Below, one piece after another: positions 1-9,619 of a DNA stretch of 64,000 nt. Every line of letters begins with the position of its first letter. Position 1 is the stretch's first letter. The position numbers and the translations under genes were made by a program. The notes beneath the pieces were generated by a model. The model was not told the DNA's origin, made no database searches, and worked only from the letters and a program-made list of their open reading frames with translations. Source of the stretch: an uncultured Clostridia bacterium (lineage in GTDB: Bacteria; Bacillota; Clostridia; TANB77; CAG-508). The stretch covers positions 1,988 to 65,987 of the forward strand of contig CALXQH010000043.1 in assembly GCA_944390525.1 (NCBI GenBank), read 5' to 3'.

Positions 1-284
1 TTAAAGTTCCAAAAGGAATAGAAAATAAAGAAGTAATTATATTAGATCCAATGCTTGCAACAGGGGGGTCAGCAGTAGATGCAATAGAATTATTAAAAGA
101 AAAAGGAGTTACTAAAATAAAATTTTTAAGTATAATTGCTGCACCAGAAGGAATAAAAAGGGTACAAAAAGAACATCCTGATGTAAAAATTTATTGTGCA
201 CATATAGATGATCATTTAAATGAAAACAAATATATTGTTCCAGGCTTGGGAGATGCTGGGGATAGAATTTTTGGAACAAAATAA
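1..284 (+). CDS. upp: Uracil phosphoribosyltransferase, 3' end (the 5' end lies upstream of the window)
   Basis: The frame is open from position 3. The translation ...[12 protein letters not shown]...[15 protein letters not shown] matches the UPRTase C-terminal motifs. Confidence 0.8.
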   Translation, partial: KVPKGIENKEVIILDPMLATGGSAVDAIELLKEKGVTKIKFLSIIAAPEGIKRVQKEHPDVKIYCAHIDDHLNENKYIVPGLGDAGDRIFGTK

Positions 285-299
285 ACAAAAAGTTATAAA

Positions 300-329
300 C
301 TGGAGAATTAATATCTCCAGTTATTTTTA
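300..329 (+). terminator. Rho-independent terminator after upp
   Basis: Hairpin ctggagaattaatatctccag followed by a T-run. Confidence 0.6.
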
Positions 330-470
330 TTATAAAATATTACAATTTTATTACAAAACAGAAAAAACATTTACTTTTATTATTAACTATAGTAATATAA
401 ATTCAAGTAATGATTAGTTTAATAAGAAATAAAAAATTAATAAAATAATAATTTTGGAGGGAGATATATA

Positions 471-1307
471 ATGAAAATTACTAAAATTGAAGCTTTAGCC
501 AACATTGCAAATGACATTAGAATAGGTATAATAGAACAAGTGTATAATGCTAATTCTGGACATCCTGGAGGTTCACTTTCGTGTGCGGATATATTATCAG
601 TTTTATATTTTAATCAAATGAATATAGATCCTAAAAATCCAAATGCAAGAGAAAGAGATAGATTTGTACTATCAAAAGGACATTGCTCGCCAGCTTTATA
701 TGCAACACTTGCAAGAAAAGGGTATTTTAATAAAGAACTTTTAAAAGGATTTAGAAAAATAGAAAGCAATTTACAAGGACATCCAGATATGAAAAAAGTA
801 CCTGGAGTAGATATGACCACAGGTTCCTTAGGGCAAGGATTATCAGTAGCTGTAGGTATGGCTATTTCTTCTAAAATTAATCATGATGGATACAGAGTAT
901 ATTGCCTATTAGGAGATGGAGAAATACAAGAAGGACAAATATGGGAAGCTGCAATGTCTGCTAGTAAATATAAACTAGATAATTTATGTGCTATAGTTGA
1001 TTATAATCATTTACAAATAGATGGAAATATAGAAAATGTAGCTGGTTTAAAATACATAAGAGAAAAATTTGAAGCATTTGGCTTTAACATCATTGAAGTT
1101 GATGGCCATAATATACAAGAATTAATAGAAGCTTTTAATATTGCAAAACATAAAAAAGGGCTACCAAGTGTTGTAATAGCACATACTATAAAAGGAAAGG
1201 GAATATCTTTTATGGAAGAAAAAGCAGAATGGCATGGAAAAGCACCAAACAAAGAAGAATATGAACAAGCTATTAATGAACTTAAGTTACAACATATTAT
1301 AGGATAA
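471..1307 (+). CDS. Transketolase, N-terminal (thiamine-diphosphate-binding) subunit of a split transketolase
   Basis: 278 aa. Carries the GHPGG, GDGE and QEG motifs typical of the transketolase N-terminal section. It is followed 40 nt downstream by the C-terminal subunit. Confidence 0.85.
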   Translation: MKITKIEALANIANDIRIGIIEQVYNANSGHPGGSLSCADILSVLYFNQMNIDPKNPNARERDRFVLSKGHCSPALYATLARKGYFNKELLKGFRKIESNLQGHPDMKKVPGVDMTTGSLGQGLSVAVGMAISSKINHDGYRVYCLLGDGEIQEGQIWEAAMSASKYKLDNLCAIVDYNHLQIDGNIENVAGLKYIREKFEAFGFNIIEVDGHNIQELIEAFNIAKHKKGLPSVVIAHTIKGKGISFMEEKAEWHGKAPNKEEYEQAINELKLQHIIG

Positions 1308-1346
1308 AATAATTTTATAAAATTAAAGAAAGGAAACATAGGTATT

Positions 1347-2279
1347 ATGATTTTAGATAAAAAAATAGCAACACGTGAAAGCTTTGGAAAAGCTTTAGTG
1401 GAATTAGGAAAAAGAAATAAAGATGTTATTGTATTAACTGCAGATTTAGCAGGAGCAACTAAAACTAATCTTTTTGAAAAAGAGTTTCCAGAAAGATTTA
1501 TAGATGTAGGAATATCAGAACAAAATATGATGGGAATAGCATCAGGACTAGCAACTTGTGGTAAAATTCCATTTGCAAGTACTTTTGCAATGTTTGCTGC
1601 AGGAAGGGCTTACGACCAAATAAGAAACGGAATAGCCTATCCTAATCTTAATGTTAAAATCTGTGCAACTCATAGTGGAATTACTGTAGGAGAAGATGGT
1701 GCAACACATCAAATGTTAGAAGATTTAAGTTTAATGAGAACTATACCTAATATGATAGTTTTATGTCCATCAGATGACACACAAACAAAATGGATAGTAA
1801 ATGAAATTGCTAATATTAAAGGACCTGTATATTTAAGATTAGCTAGAGTTTCTACACCAGTTATATATGAACAAAATGAAATATTTGAAATAGGAAAAAT
1901 GAAGCAAATAGGAGAAGGAAAAGATGCTACGATTTTTGCAACAGGAGTTATGGTTTCAGAAGCTATAAAAGCACAAGAAGAATTAGCAAAAGAAAATATA
2001 AATATACGTGTAATAGATGTACATACAATAAAACCTATTGACAGAAATATGGTTATAAAATGTGCTAAAGAAACAAAAAAATTAATTACTATTGAAGATC
2101 ATAGTATAATTGGAGGTTTAGGATCTAGTATTTGTGAAATATTAACTGAAGAATATCCTTGTAAAGTAATAAGAATGGGAATACAAGATCAATTTGGAAA
2201 ATCAGGAAAAGCAGAGCAGTTAATAAAATACTTCAAAATTGGATACGAAGAAATTATGGAAAAAGTAAAAAATGGTTAG
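1347..2279 (+). CDS. Transketolase, C-terminal (pyrimidine-binding) subunit
   Basis: 310 aa. Motifs such as DVGISEQNMMG and GEDGATHQ mark the transketolase pyrimidine-binding and C-terminal domains. Confidence 0.85.
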   Translation: MILDKKIATRESFGKALVELGKRNKDVIVLTADLAGATKTNLFEKEFPERFIDVGISEQNMMGIASGLATCGKIPFASTFAMFAAGRAYDQIRNGIAYPNLNVKICATHSGITVGEDGATHQMLEDLSLMRTIPNMIVLCPSDDTQTKWIVNEIANIKGPVYLRLARVSTPVIYEQNEIFEIGKMKQIGEGKDATIFATGVMVSEAIKAQEELAKENINIRVIDVHTIKPIDRNMVIKCAKETKKLITIEDHSIIGGLGSSICEILTEEYPCKVIRMGIQDQFGKSGKAEQLIKYFKIGYEEIMEKVKNG

Positions 2280-2331
2280 TTATAAGAAAAACAATATATA
2301 TCAAACTTAAGAAAAATTAGAGGGAATTATT

Positions 2332-3453
2332 ATGAAAAATGAAAAAAAGAAAATGATGCAATATATCAATCAACTAGATGATAAAAAATTAAAAAAAGCA
2401 GAAAGAGCTTCAAAAACGATTACAATTACACTTAGCACTATTATATTTATTATTACTGCCATTATTATTTTTTTCTTTTCAATAATTGCTTCTTTTTTCT
2501 ATAATGAAATCTATTTAGTTTTTTCACTTGGCAAAGAGCAGTTTGTTAAAAAACTAGAAATAAAATATAATCAAAAAATTGAAATTCTAAATGCTAATTG
2601 TGATGAATATGGAAATGGAACGTATATCTTAAAAACTCAAAAAGAACCTAAAATAGAATTCTACGCTGTAAAGGGATTATATAACAATTTTGAAACTGAT
2701 TATGAAGATAGAATGTTAATTTATTATATAGAAAATGAGAAAAATCCACTTTTCAAAAATATAAAATTAACTAAACAAGAAGAAGCATCCAGTTATTATA
2801 AAAATTTTAAGCTCTTAAGATGTAAAACCTATTTTCCTATTGAAAAATACGAGCAAATAGATGAAGCAAGTAAAAATTTATATCAAATACAAGAGTTTAT
2901 GGAAAAAAATACAAATGAATTTAGTACATTAACATATTTAAAAATAGGGGAATATATAAGCCCAGTAAAGTACAATACTATTAATTCCCCAGAAAACGGA
3001 ATATACCAAGAAAAATATGAATATTACTGGTATCTTATAAATTCTAAAGGAGATACTAAAGCAATACCTAAAAATGATATAGAAAAGCTAAAATATCCAA
3101 GGCAATTAGATGTATATGCTAATGAAAATAGAGTAATAGATATGGATAATAGTGGTTATGGAATGATATTTTACTTAACAGCAAACTATAACTTAGAAAA
3201 ACAAACTTATGAAGTAGATGCTAGAAAAATGATTATTAATAATTTAAGCTATTTTAAAATGCTAAGTAATAACAATCACAAAGATTTTAAATTTACATAT
3301 AAAAACAAGAAATATGGTGTTTCTTTTAGAAATGATGATACAATTATAGGAAATAACTTACCGTGGATTTCAGAAATTTCATATTTTACAGAACTATTAG
3401 GAGTAGAAATAAAATATGATTTAGATGCTAAGATTGTAAATTTTATATTATAA
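2332..3453 (+). CDS. Hypothetical membrane-anchored protein
   Basis: 373 aa with one N-terminal TM helix and an SD-like agaggg upstream. No recognisable family motifs. Confidence 0.4.
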   Translation: MKNEKKKMMQYINQLDDKKLKKAERASKTITITLSTIIFIITAIIIFFFSIIASFFYNEIYLVFSLGKEQFVKKLEIKYNQKIEILNANCDEYGNGTYILKTQKEPKIEFYAVKGLYNNFETDYEDRMLIYYIENEKNPLFKNIKLTKQEEASSYYKNFKLLRCKTYFPIEKYEQIDEASKNLYQIQEFMEKNTNEFSTLTYLKIGEYISPVKYNTINSPENGIYQEKYEYYWYLINSKGDTKAIPKNDIEKLKYPRQLDVYANENRVIDMDNSGYGMIFYLTANYNLEKQTYEVDARKMIINNLSYFKMLSNNNHKDFKFTYKNKKYGVSFRNDDTIIGNNLPWISEISYFTELLGVEIKYDLDAKIVNFIL

Positions 3454-3574
3454 TTTATGAAAAAATATTTAAGAAAACTTTGAAAATTATACAAGAATTT
3501 AACAATTAATATATGATTTGAATTTTTAAAATGTAAATTTTTTGTGAATTTTTACAAAAAGAAAAAAACTCATA

Positions 3575-3620
3575 AAAGCAGAAATTTTGCTTATTTTCAG
3601 CAAAAATATTCTGCTTTTTC
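3575..3620 (+). terminator. Imperfect compound hairpin, putative terminator
   Basis: aaagcagaaattttgc...gcaaaaatattctgcttttt, followed by a short T-run. Confidence 0.4.
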
Positions 3621-3632
3621 CAAAAAAAACTA

Positions 3633-3661
3633 TTGCAAATAATATAATTTATTGATATGAT
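3633..3661 (+). promoter_or_regulatory. Putative sigma-A promoter for ftsEX
   Basis: TTGCAA, 17 nt spacer, TATGAT, located about 50 nt upstream of ftsE. Confidence 0.4.
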
Positions 3662-3711
3662 TAAAGAGTATAAAAAATGGACTAATAAAATTAAATGCAA
3701 GGAGCTATAAA

Positions 3712-4398
3712 ATGATTGAATTTAGAAATGTAAGTAAAACTTACAATACTGGAACAGAAGCTGTACACAATGCTAATTTTACTATAGAAAAAGGAGAATT
3801 TACATTTTTAGTAGGAAGTTCTGGTTCTGGGAAATCTACATTAATAAAACTAATATTAAAAGAAGAAGAACCAACTAAAGGAAACATTATTATAAACGGA
3901 AAAGACACTACATTTTTAAAACCTAAAAGGATACCTTTTTTAAGAAGAAGTATGGGCGTGGTTTTTCAAGATTTTAGATTATTACCAGACAGAACGGTTT
4001 ATGATAATGTTGCATATGCAATGTATATTGTAAGAGCTACACCAAGACATATAAGAAGACAAGTACCTATGGTTTTATCTTTAGTAGGATTAGGAAATAA
4101 AGCTAAAATGTATCCTAATGAATTATCTGGTGGAGAACAACAAAGAGTAGCATTAGCAAGAGCATTAGTAAACAATCCTTCTATGTTGATTGCAGACGAG
4201 CCTACTGGTAATTTAGACCCTGAAACAGCTAGAGATATTATGATGCTATTGGATGATATTAATAGAAGAGGAACAACTGTTGTAGTTGCAACACATGCAA
4301 GAGACATTGTAGATGAAATGAAAAAAAGGGTTATACAGATTGAAGAAGGCAATATTATAAGAGATGATAGAAGGAGTGGATATAGCGGTGAGATATAG
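3712..4398 (+). CDS. ftsE: Cell division ATP-binding protein FtsE
   Basis: 228 aa with Walker A GSSGSGKST, the ABC signature LSGGEQQR, and Walker B. The ftsX gene follows directly. Confidence 0.85.
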   Translation: MIEFRNVSKTYNTGTEAVHNANFTIEKGEFTFLVGSSGSGKSTLIKLILKEEEPTKGNIIINGKDTTFLKPKRIPFLRRSMGVVFQDFRLLPDRTVYDNVAYAMYIVRATPRHIRRQVPMVLSLVGLGNKAKMYPNELSGGEQQRVALARALVNNPSMLIADEPTGNLDPETARDIMMLLDDINRRGTTVVVATHARDIVDEMKKRVIQIEEGNIIRDDRRSGYSGEI

Positions 4399-5290
4399 TA
4401 TATTTGGTTATTTAATAGGAGAGGGCTTTAGAAATGTATTAAAAAACAAAAAGTCTACAATAGCATCGTTAATTATAATGTGTGCCACCATGTTTATATT
4501 TGGAATTTTCTTTGCAGCAGTTCAAAATATAAATCATATTACTCAAACTATTGAAGAACAACAGGGAATGGAAGTATTTATTTACGATGAAGCAACAGAA
4601 GAACAAAAAACAGAATTAAGAAATAAAATTAGAAGCATAGAGTATGTTAATACAATTACAGAAAAAACAAAAGAACAAGCATTAGAATCTATGCAAACAA
4701 TGTTTAAAGATAAAAAATTTTTATTATCTACATATGATGGTGAAAATCATCCATTTAAAGCATCTTTTGTAGTAACATTAACTGATTTAACAAAAGCTGA
4801 AGAGGTAAAAAATATAATTGAAACTTCAGAAATTGTATCAAATATTGAAATTAGATCAGATACTATAGAAGCATTAATAAAAATAGCAGATGGAATTAAA
4901 TTTGTTACAAGTATTATATTAGTTATTTTAATACTTATTTCAATATTTATTATAACAAATACTATAAAATTGACAGTACATGCTAGAAGGAAAGAAATTT
5001 CTATTATGAAATATGTAGGAGCAACTAATGGATTTATTAGATGGCCATTTATGGTAGAAGGTATGATAATTGGAATTATATCAGTATTACTTTCATTATT
5101 GATATTGGGAGGTTGCTATAACATAATAACAACTCAAATAGAACAAGCTATGATAAATATAACTTTAGATATACCATTATTAACTTTTCAAGAATTATTT
5201 AAGACTCTACTAACAGTATACTTAATATTAGGGCTAGGAATAGGAGCTTTAGGTAGTGCAATTTCAATGAAAAAATATCTAGAAGTATAA
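4364..5290 (+). CDS. ftsX: Cell division permease-like protein FtsX. An alternative GTG start at 4389 is possible.
   Basis: The N-terminal ...EGFRNVLKN matches FtsX. It has 4 TM helices with a large extracellular loop after TM1, and it overlaps the ftsE 3' end. Confidence 0.75.
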   Translation: MIEGVDIAVRYSIFGYLIGEGFRNVLKNKKSTIASLIIMCATMFIFGIFFAAVQNINHITQTIEEQQGMEVFIYDEATEEQKTELRNKIRSIEYVNTITEKTKEQALESMQTMFKDKKFLLSTYDGENHPFKASFVVTLTDLTKAEEVKNIIETSEIVSNIEIRSDTIEALIKIADGIKFVTSIILVILILISIFIITNTIKLTVHARRKEISIMKYVGATNGFIRWPFMVEGMIIGIISVLLSLLILGGCYNIITTQIEQAMINITLDIPLLTFQELFKTLLTVYLILGLGIGALGSAISMKKYLEV

Positions 5291-5302
5291 GGAGAAATAA
5301 AA

Positions 5303-6454
5303 ATGAAACGAAAAATTATATCTGTTTTTTTAATTATAGTTTTATTACAAATTATAGTATTAAACGTATTTGCAGCTACTCAATCGGATTTAGAAGATGC
5401 AAAAGATAAACTAAATGCAGCAAAAGATACTAACAAAGAACTTACTGCTGAAAAAGATACTGTACTCAATGAAATATCTGAACTTGAAAATACTATTGAA
5501 AAATATGAAGCAGAAATAGAAGAACTAAACAAAAATATTTCAAAAATGGAAGAAAATATTAAAGAAAAAAATAAAGAAATTGAAAAATTACAAAAAGACT
5601 TTGAAGAAAAGAAAAAATTGCTAGAAGACAGACTAGTAGCAATATATGAAGAAGGAAGAATAACTTTTTTAGATGTTTTATTGGCATCAGAAAATATTTG
5701 GGACTATATTTCAATGAGTTCAAAAGTTCAACAATTAACAGAATTTGACAATGAACAAATGGATATAGTAGAAAAACAAAAAGAAGAAGTAGAAAAAGCA
5801 AAAAAAGAATTAGAATCTCAACAAGAAGAATTAGCCAGTCAAAAGAAAGAAGTAGAAGAAAAACAAACTAAAATAAAAGTTGCAAAAGTTAGTAAAGAAG
5901 CAAAACTTTCTAGTTTAACAGCAGAGCAAAAGAAATTACAAGAAGAAATTGATAAATATAATAAAGAAGTTGAAAGAATAGAAGAAGAAATTGCAAAAGC
6001 AGCACAAAATGCAAGTGGAGAATATACAGGCAATTTTAATGGTACTTTAAGTTGGCCTTTATCTTCTTCTTGCAAATATTATAACAATATAACATCTTAC
6101 TTTGGGTATAGAGAACAACCTGTAGCAGGAGCAAGTACATATCATAGAGCTATAGATATAGGAGTACCAATAGGAACTGCTGTATATTCTGCAGGTGATG
6201 GATATGTTATGACAAAAGGTTATTCTAGTGTTAGAGGTTACTATGTAATGATAAAACATGCTGATAACTTATATACATTTTATCAACATCTAAGTAGTAT
6301 ACTAGTATCTCAAGGTCAAACTGTAAAAAGAGCTCAACAAATAGCAAAAAGCGGAAATACAGGAATTGGTTCTGGACCACATTTACATTTTGAAGTTCGT
6401 ACAAGCCCTTATTATGGTAGCGAAGTCAATCCATTAAATTACGTACATTGGTAA
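5303..6454 (+). CDS. Secreted coiled-coil M23 (LytM-domain) peptidoglycan endopeptidase, EnvC-like
   Basis: Signal peptide, a long heptad-rich coiled coil, and a C-terminal M23 domain with the HxxxD motif YHRAIDIG and HxH in GPHLHFEVR. Confidence 0.75.
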   Translation: MKRKIISVFLIIVLLQIIVLNVFAATQSDLEDAKDKLNAAKDTNKELTAEKDTVLNEISELENTIEKYEAEIEELNKNISKMEENIKEKNKEIEKLQKDFEEKKKLLEDRLVAIYEEGRITFLDVLLASENIWDYISMSSKVQQLTEFDNEQMDIVEKQKEEVEKAKKELESQQEELASQKKEVEEKQTKIKVAKVSKEAKLSSLTAEQKKLQEEIDKYNKEVERIEEEIAKAAQNASGEYTGNFNGTLSWPLSSSCKYYNNITSYFGYREQPVAGASTYHRAIDIGVPIGTAVYSAGDGYVMTKGYSSVRGYYVMIKHADNLYTFYQHLSSILVSQGQTVKRAQQIAKSGNTGIGSGPHLHFEVRTSPYYGSEVNPLNYVHW

Positions 6455-6489
6455 AATTTAAATTAAAAAAGAAAGGAGAATGCTAAAAT

Positions 6490-7692
6490 ATGAAAAAAAA
6501 TAAAATTATAAGTATTCTCCTTATTATTATATTTATAACTAATACACAAATAATTTCATTTGCTAATGAAATAAATAATGAAACTACAGCAAATGAAATT
6601 AATCTTGAAACTAATAATATTGAAGAATTAACAAGTCAAAAAGAACAAGTAGAAGAAAAAATAGATAAAGCAAATATTGAATTAGAATATGTTCAAACAG
6701 AGATGTCAGAAACTCTTATAAAAATACAAGAGTTAGATGATAAAATAAGAAATTATGAAAACGAAAATACAGAACTTGAAAAAAAAATAAAAAATTTAGA
6801 AGAATCTATAAAACAAACTACAGAACAGTTAAATATAGTAACAGAAGATTATAATAAAAAAGACTTACAGTTAAGAGAAAGGCTGGCAGCTTTATATGAG
6901 GCAGGACCTATTTCTTATTTAGATGTTTTACTATCTGCAAAAAGCTTATCTGAGTTCTTATCAATGTATTATAAAATGGTAGAAATAGCTGAGTATGATA
7001 ATAACTTAATGAATATAGTTTTAGCAGAAAAAGAAGAAATAGAACAAGCAAAACAAAAGTTAGAAAAAGAATCAGAAGAATTTAAAAATTTGAAAATTAA
7101 AGCAGAGCAAAATACTATAGTTTGTAAAAATACTAAAACGCTACAAGAAGGATATGTAAAACAACTATCTGATAATGAAAAACAATTAAATGAAAAAATT
7201 TCTGAATATAAAAATGAAACCGAACTAATAGAAGCTAAAATTAGAGAAATAAGCATAGTAAATGGTGAATTTAGCATACAAAATACAGGTGGAATAATGA
7301 TTTGGCCTATAGCAATGCAGGGAACAGCAATAACATCATATTATGGAACAAGAGAACATCCTATTGCAGGAGTTGTAAGATTTCACCAAGGTATAGACAT
7401 AGGAAATGTTGGATTTGGAGCTCCAGTAGTATCAGTTCTAGATGGAGTAGTTACATATGCAGGAGAGCTAGGATCTTATGGAGAATGTGTAATAGTTTAT
7501 CATGGTGAAGGAATTACAACATTATATGCACATGGTCAAAAAGTACTAACTCAAATAGGTGCTCAAGTAAAACAAGGAGATGCTATAATGCAAACAGGTT
7601 CTACAGGAAATTCAACAGGACCTCACTTACATTTTGAAGTTAGAGTTAATGGTAGTACAACTAATCCACTAAACTATGTAAAAGAGCCATAA
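6490..7692 (+). CDS. Second secreted coiled-coil M23 peptidase, a paralog of the preceding gene
   Basis: Same architecture: signal peptide, coiled coil, then M23 with FHQGIDIG and GPHLHFEVR. Confidence 0.75.
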   Translation: MKKNKIISILLIIIFITNTQIISFANEINNETTANEINLETNNIEELTSQKEQVEEKIDKANIELEYVQTEMSETLIKIQELDDKIRNYENENTELEKKIKNLEESIKQTTEQLNIVTEDYNKKDLQLRERLAALYEAGPISYLDVLLSAKSLSEFLSMYYKMVEIAEYDNNLMNIVLAEKEEIEQAKQKLEKESEEFKNLKIKAEQNTIVCKNTKTLQEGYVKQLSDNEKQLNEKISEYKNETELIEAKIREISIVNGEFSIQNTGGIMIWPIAMQGTAITSYYGTREHPIAGVVRFHQGIDIGNVGFGAPVVSVLDGVVTYAGELGSYGECVIVYHGEGITTLYAHGQKVLTQIGAQVKQGDAIMQTGSTGNSTGPHLHFEVRVNGSTTNPLNYVKEP

Positions 7693-7755
7693 AATAAACA
7701 TATTTATAATTTATTTAAATATAATATAAAAAAAAGAAAAGAGGAAATTAATAGT

Positions 7756-8973
7756 ATGGAAAATAACAATGGACAAAAAATTTATAAGCTAACTATGCTT
7801 ATATTAATAATTATAATAATAACATCTTTAATAACAGCGTTTACTACATACCAGTATTTAAGTAAAAACAATAATTTAATTACAATAAAAGCTGATACAG
7901 GATCATTAGAAGGTTTAGAATATACTTTGGCTAACTTTAGAAGTGAATTAGATAAAAAATATATGGGAGAAATTAATGATGAAGAACTAATAGAAGGTGC
8001 TATTAAGGGTTATGTAGATGCACTAGGAGATCCTTATACAACATATTATACTAAAGAAGAAATGAAAGAAATTATGGAAGAAACAAATGGTAATTATGTT
8101 GGAATTGGTATATACATGACAATGGAACCAGAAAATGACGTTATTTTAATAATAAAACCAATAGAAAATTCTCCAGCAGAAAAAGCTGGTTTACAAGCAG
8201 GAGATATAATAACAAAAATAAATGATGTAGAATATAAAGGATCACAATTAGAAGAGGCTTCTAATAAAATTAAAGGAGAAGAAGGAACAGAAGTAAAATT
8301 AGAAATTTATAGAAATGGAGAATTAAAAACATTTAATGTAAAAAGGGAAAATGTATTAATTAGTCATATTACAGCTAAAGCAATAACAAATGATATTGGA
8401 TATATTGTAATTTCTGATTTTGAAGGTGGATGTGCTGAAGAATTTGAAAGAAAATATAAAGAATTAGAAAATAAAGGAATAAAAAAATTAATTATAGACA
8501 TTAGAAATAATGGCGGTGGAATAGTAGATGAAAGCCTAGAAATTGCTGATATGATTGTTGAAAAAGGAGCTAATTTACTAATAACTAAAGACAAAAATGG
8601 AAAAGAAGAGATAACTAAAGCAGAAAAAAATCCTATTATAAATATGCCAATAGTAGTCCTTATAAATGAATATTCAGCAAGTGCTTCTGAAATATTAGCT
8701 GCTGCTTTAAGCGAAAATGGTAAAGCTACTTTAGTAGGAACTAAAACTTATGGTAAAGGAATAATACAAGAATTACATCAATTATCAGATGGTAGTGGAC
8801 TAAAAATAACTACTAATGAATATTTTACACCAAAATATAATGCAATACATAAAATAGGAATATATCCAGATATAGAATTAGAATTATCAGAAGAAATAAA
8901 GAATCAAGTGGTATTAGAAGAAAAAGATGATAATCAACTTCAAAAAGCTATAGAAGTATTAAATCAAAATTAA
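7756..8973 (+). CDS. ctpA: Carboxy-terminal processing protease (S41, PDZ-containing)
   Basis: 405 aa with an N-terminal TM helix, a PDZ region (GLQAGDII), and an S41 catalytic Ser in the ...SASASE context. Confidence 0.8.
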   Translation: MENNNGQKIYKLTMLILIIIIITSLITAFTTYQYLSKNNNLITIKADTGSLEGLEYTLANFRSELDKKYMGEINDEELIEGAIKGYVDALGDPYTTYYTKEEMKEIMEETNGNYVGIGIYMTMEPENDVILIIKPIENSPAEKAGLQAGDIITKINDVEYKGSQLEEASNKIKGEEGTEVKLEIYRNGELKTFNVKRENVLISHITAKAITNDIGYIVISDFEGGCAEEFERKYKELENKGIKKLIIDIRNNGGGIVDESLEIADMIVEKGANLLITKDKNGKEEITKAEKNPIINMPIVVLINEYSASASEILAAALSENGKATLVGTKTYGKGIIQELHQLSDGSGLKITTNEYFTPKYNAIHKIGIYPDIELELSEEIKNQVVLEEKDDNQLQKAIEVLNQN

Positions 8974-8996
8974 AAAAGTGGATTTCCACTTTTTTA
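8972..8996 (+). terminator. Rho-independent terminator after ctpA
   Basis: aaaaaagtgg-attt-ccactttttt. Confidence 0.6.
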
Positions 8997-9024
8997 ATTT
9001 TTTATATTTTTTTAAAAAATTGTA

Positions 9025-9053
9025 TTGACAATTATAATTAAATTTAGTATACT
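9025..9053 (+). promoter_or_regulatory. Sigma-A promoter for the tRNA cluster
   Basis: TTGACA, 17 nt spacer, TATACT, located about 20 nt upstream of tRNA-Val. Confidence 0.5.
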
Positions 9054-9071
9054 AAATAAGTCAGCAGAAAT

Positions 9072-9147
9072 GGGCGCATAGCTCAGCTGGGAGAGCATCT
9101 GCCTTACAAGCAGGAGGTCATAGGTTCGATCCCTATTGCGCCCACCA
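9072..9147 (+). tRNA. tRNA-Val (anticodon TAC)
   Basis: 76 nt cloverleaf with acceptor gggcgca/tgcgccc, anticodon loop cttacaa, T-loop ggttcgatc, and an encoded CCA. Confidence 0.85.
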
Positions 9148-9199
9148 TTTCAAAAAAATGTTTAGTAAAGCTAAATATTTTTTTATTTACAAACATTAT

Positions 9200-9276
9200 G
9201 GCCTAATAGTTAAGATGGTTAGAAAGCTAGCCTGTCACGCTAGAGGTCGACGGTTCGAGCCCGTTCCAGGTCGCCA
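9200..9276 (+). tRNA. tRNA-Asp (anticodon GTC), with an imperfect acceptor stem
   Basis: Anticodon stem ctagc/gctag and loop ctgtcac. T-arm gacgg-ttcgagc-ccgtt and 3' GCCA. The base of the acceptor stem shows two A:C mismatches. Confidence 0.65.
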
Positions 9277-9284
9277 TTATTTAT

Positions 9285-9360
9285 GCCTTGATAGCTCAGT
9301 CGGTAGAGCAAGGGACTGAAAATCCCTGTGTCAGTGGTTCGATTCCACTTCAAGGCACCA
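9285..9360 (+). tRNA. tRNA-Phe (anticodon GAA)
   Basis: Acceptor gccttga/tcaaggc, anticodon stem aggga/tccct with loop ctgaaaa, T-loop ggttcgattcc, and an encoded CCA. Confidence 0.85.
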
Positions 9361-9392
9361 AAGAATATAATATGATATATAGACGATAAACT

Positions 9393-9426
9393 AAAAAAAT
9401 TGACTGTAATAGGTCAATTTTTTTTA
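9393..9426 (+). terminator. Rho-independent terminator after the tRNA cluster
   Basis: aaaaaaattgac-tgtaatag-gtcaa followed by T9. Confidence 0.65.
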
Positions 9427-9495
9427 GTTTATTTAAAAAATTATTAAAATTAATTTATAAATGTAATATTTTTCCATAAAAACATTCTTTTTATA

Positions 9496-9524
9496 TTGTA
9501 AAAAAATGTAAATAGTGTTATAAT
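9496..9524 (+). promoter_or_regulatory. Putative promoter (extended -10) for the 9620 ORF
   Basis: TTGTAA, 17 nt spacer, tgtTATAAT. A 5-bp-arm palindrome ttcaa-cata-ttgaa lies downstream at about 9551-9564. Confidence 0.4.
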
Positions 9525-9619
9525 TTTAAATAGAATTTTTTTATAAAACTTTCAACATATTGAAAAGTAACGTTCTCAAAATAAGAATTTATAATTAAAC
9601 TAATTTTAGGAGGATTGTT

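Noticed and set aside
220-417. A 65-aa + strand ORF overlapping the end of upp and the terminator.
   Set aside because: It overlaps the upp 3' end in another frame. It runs through the terminator hairpin and the AT-rich spacer. It has no SD and is low complexity.
614-1339. Minus-strand ORFs (614..820, 1007..1339) inside the transketolase N-subunit gene.
   Set aside because: They are antisense to a well-supported, conserved CDS. Spurious open frames of this kind are typical of AT-rich DNA.
3999-4352. A 117-aa minus-strand ORF inside ftsE.
   Set aside because: It is antisense to ftsE, which has clear Walker and ABC motifs.
7302-7508. A 68-aa + strand ORF inside the second M23 peptidase gene.
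   Set aside because: It is an alternative frame of a motif-supported CDS. Its content is Ser/Arg/Cys-rich junk.
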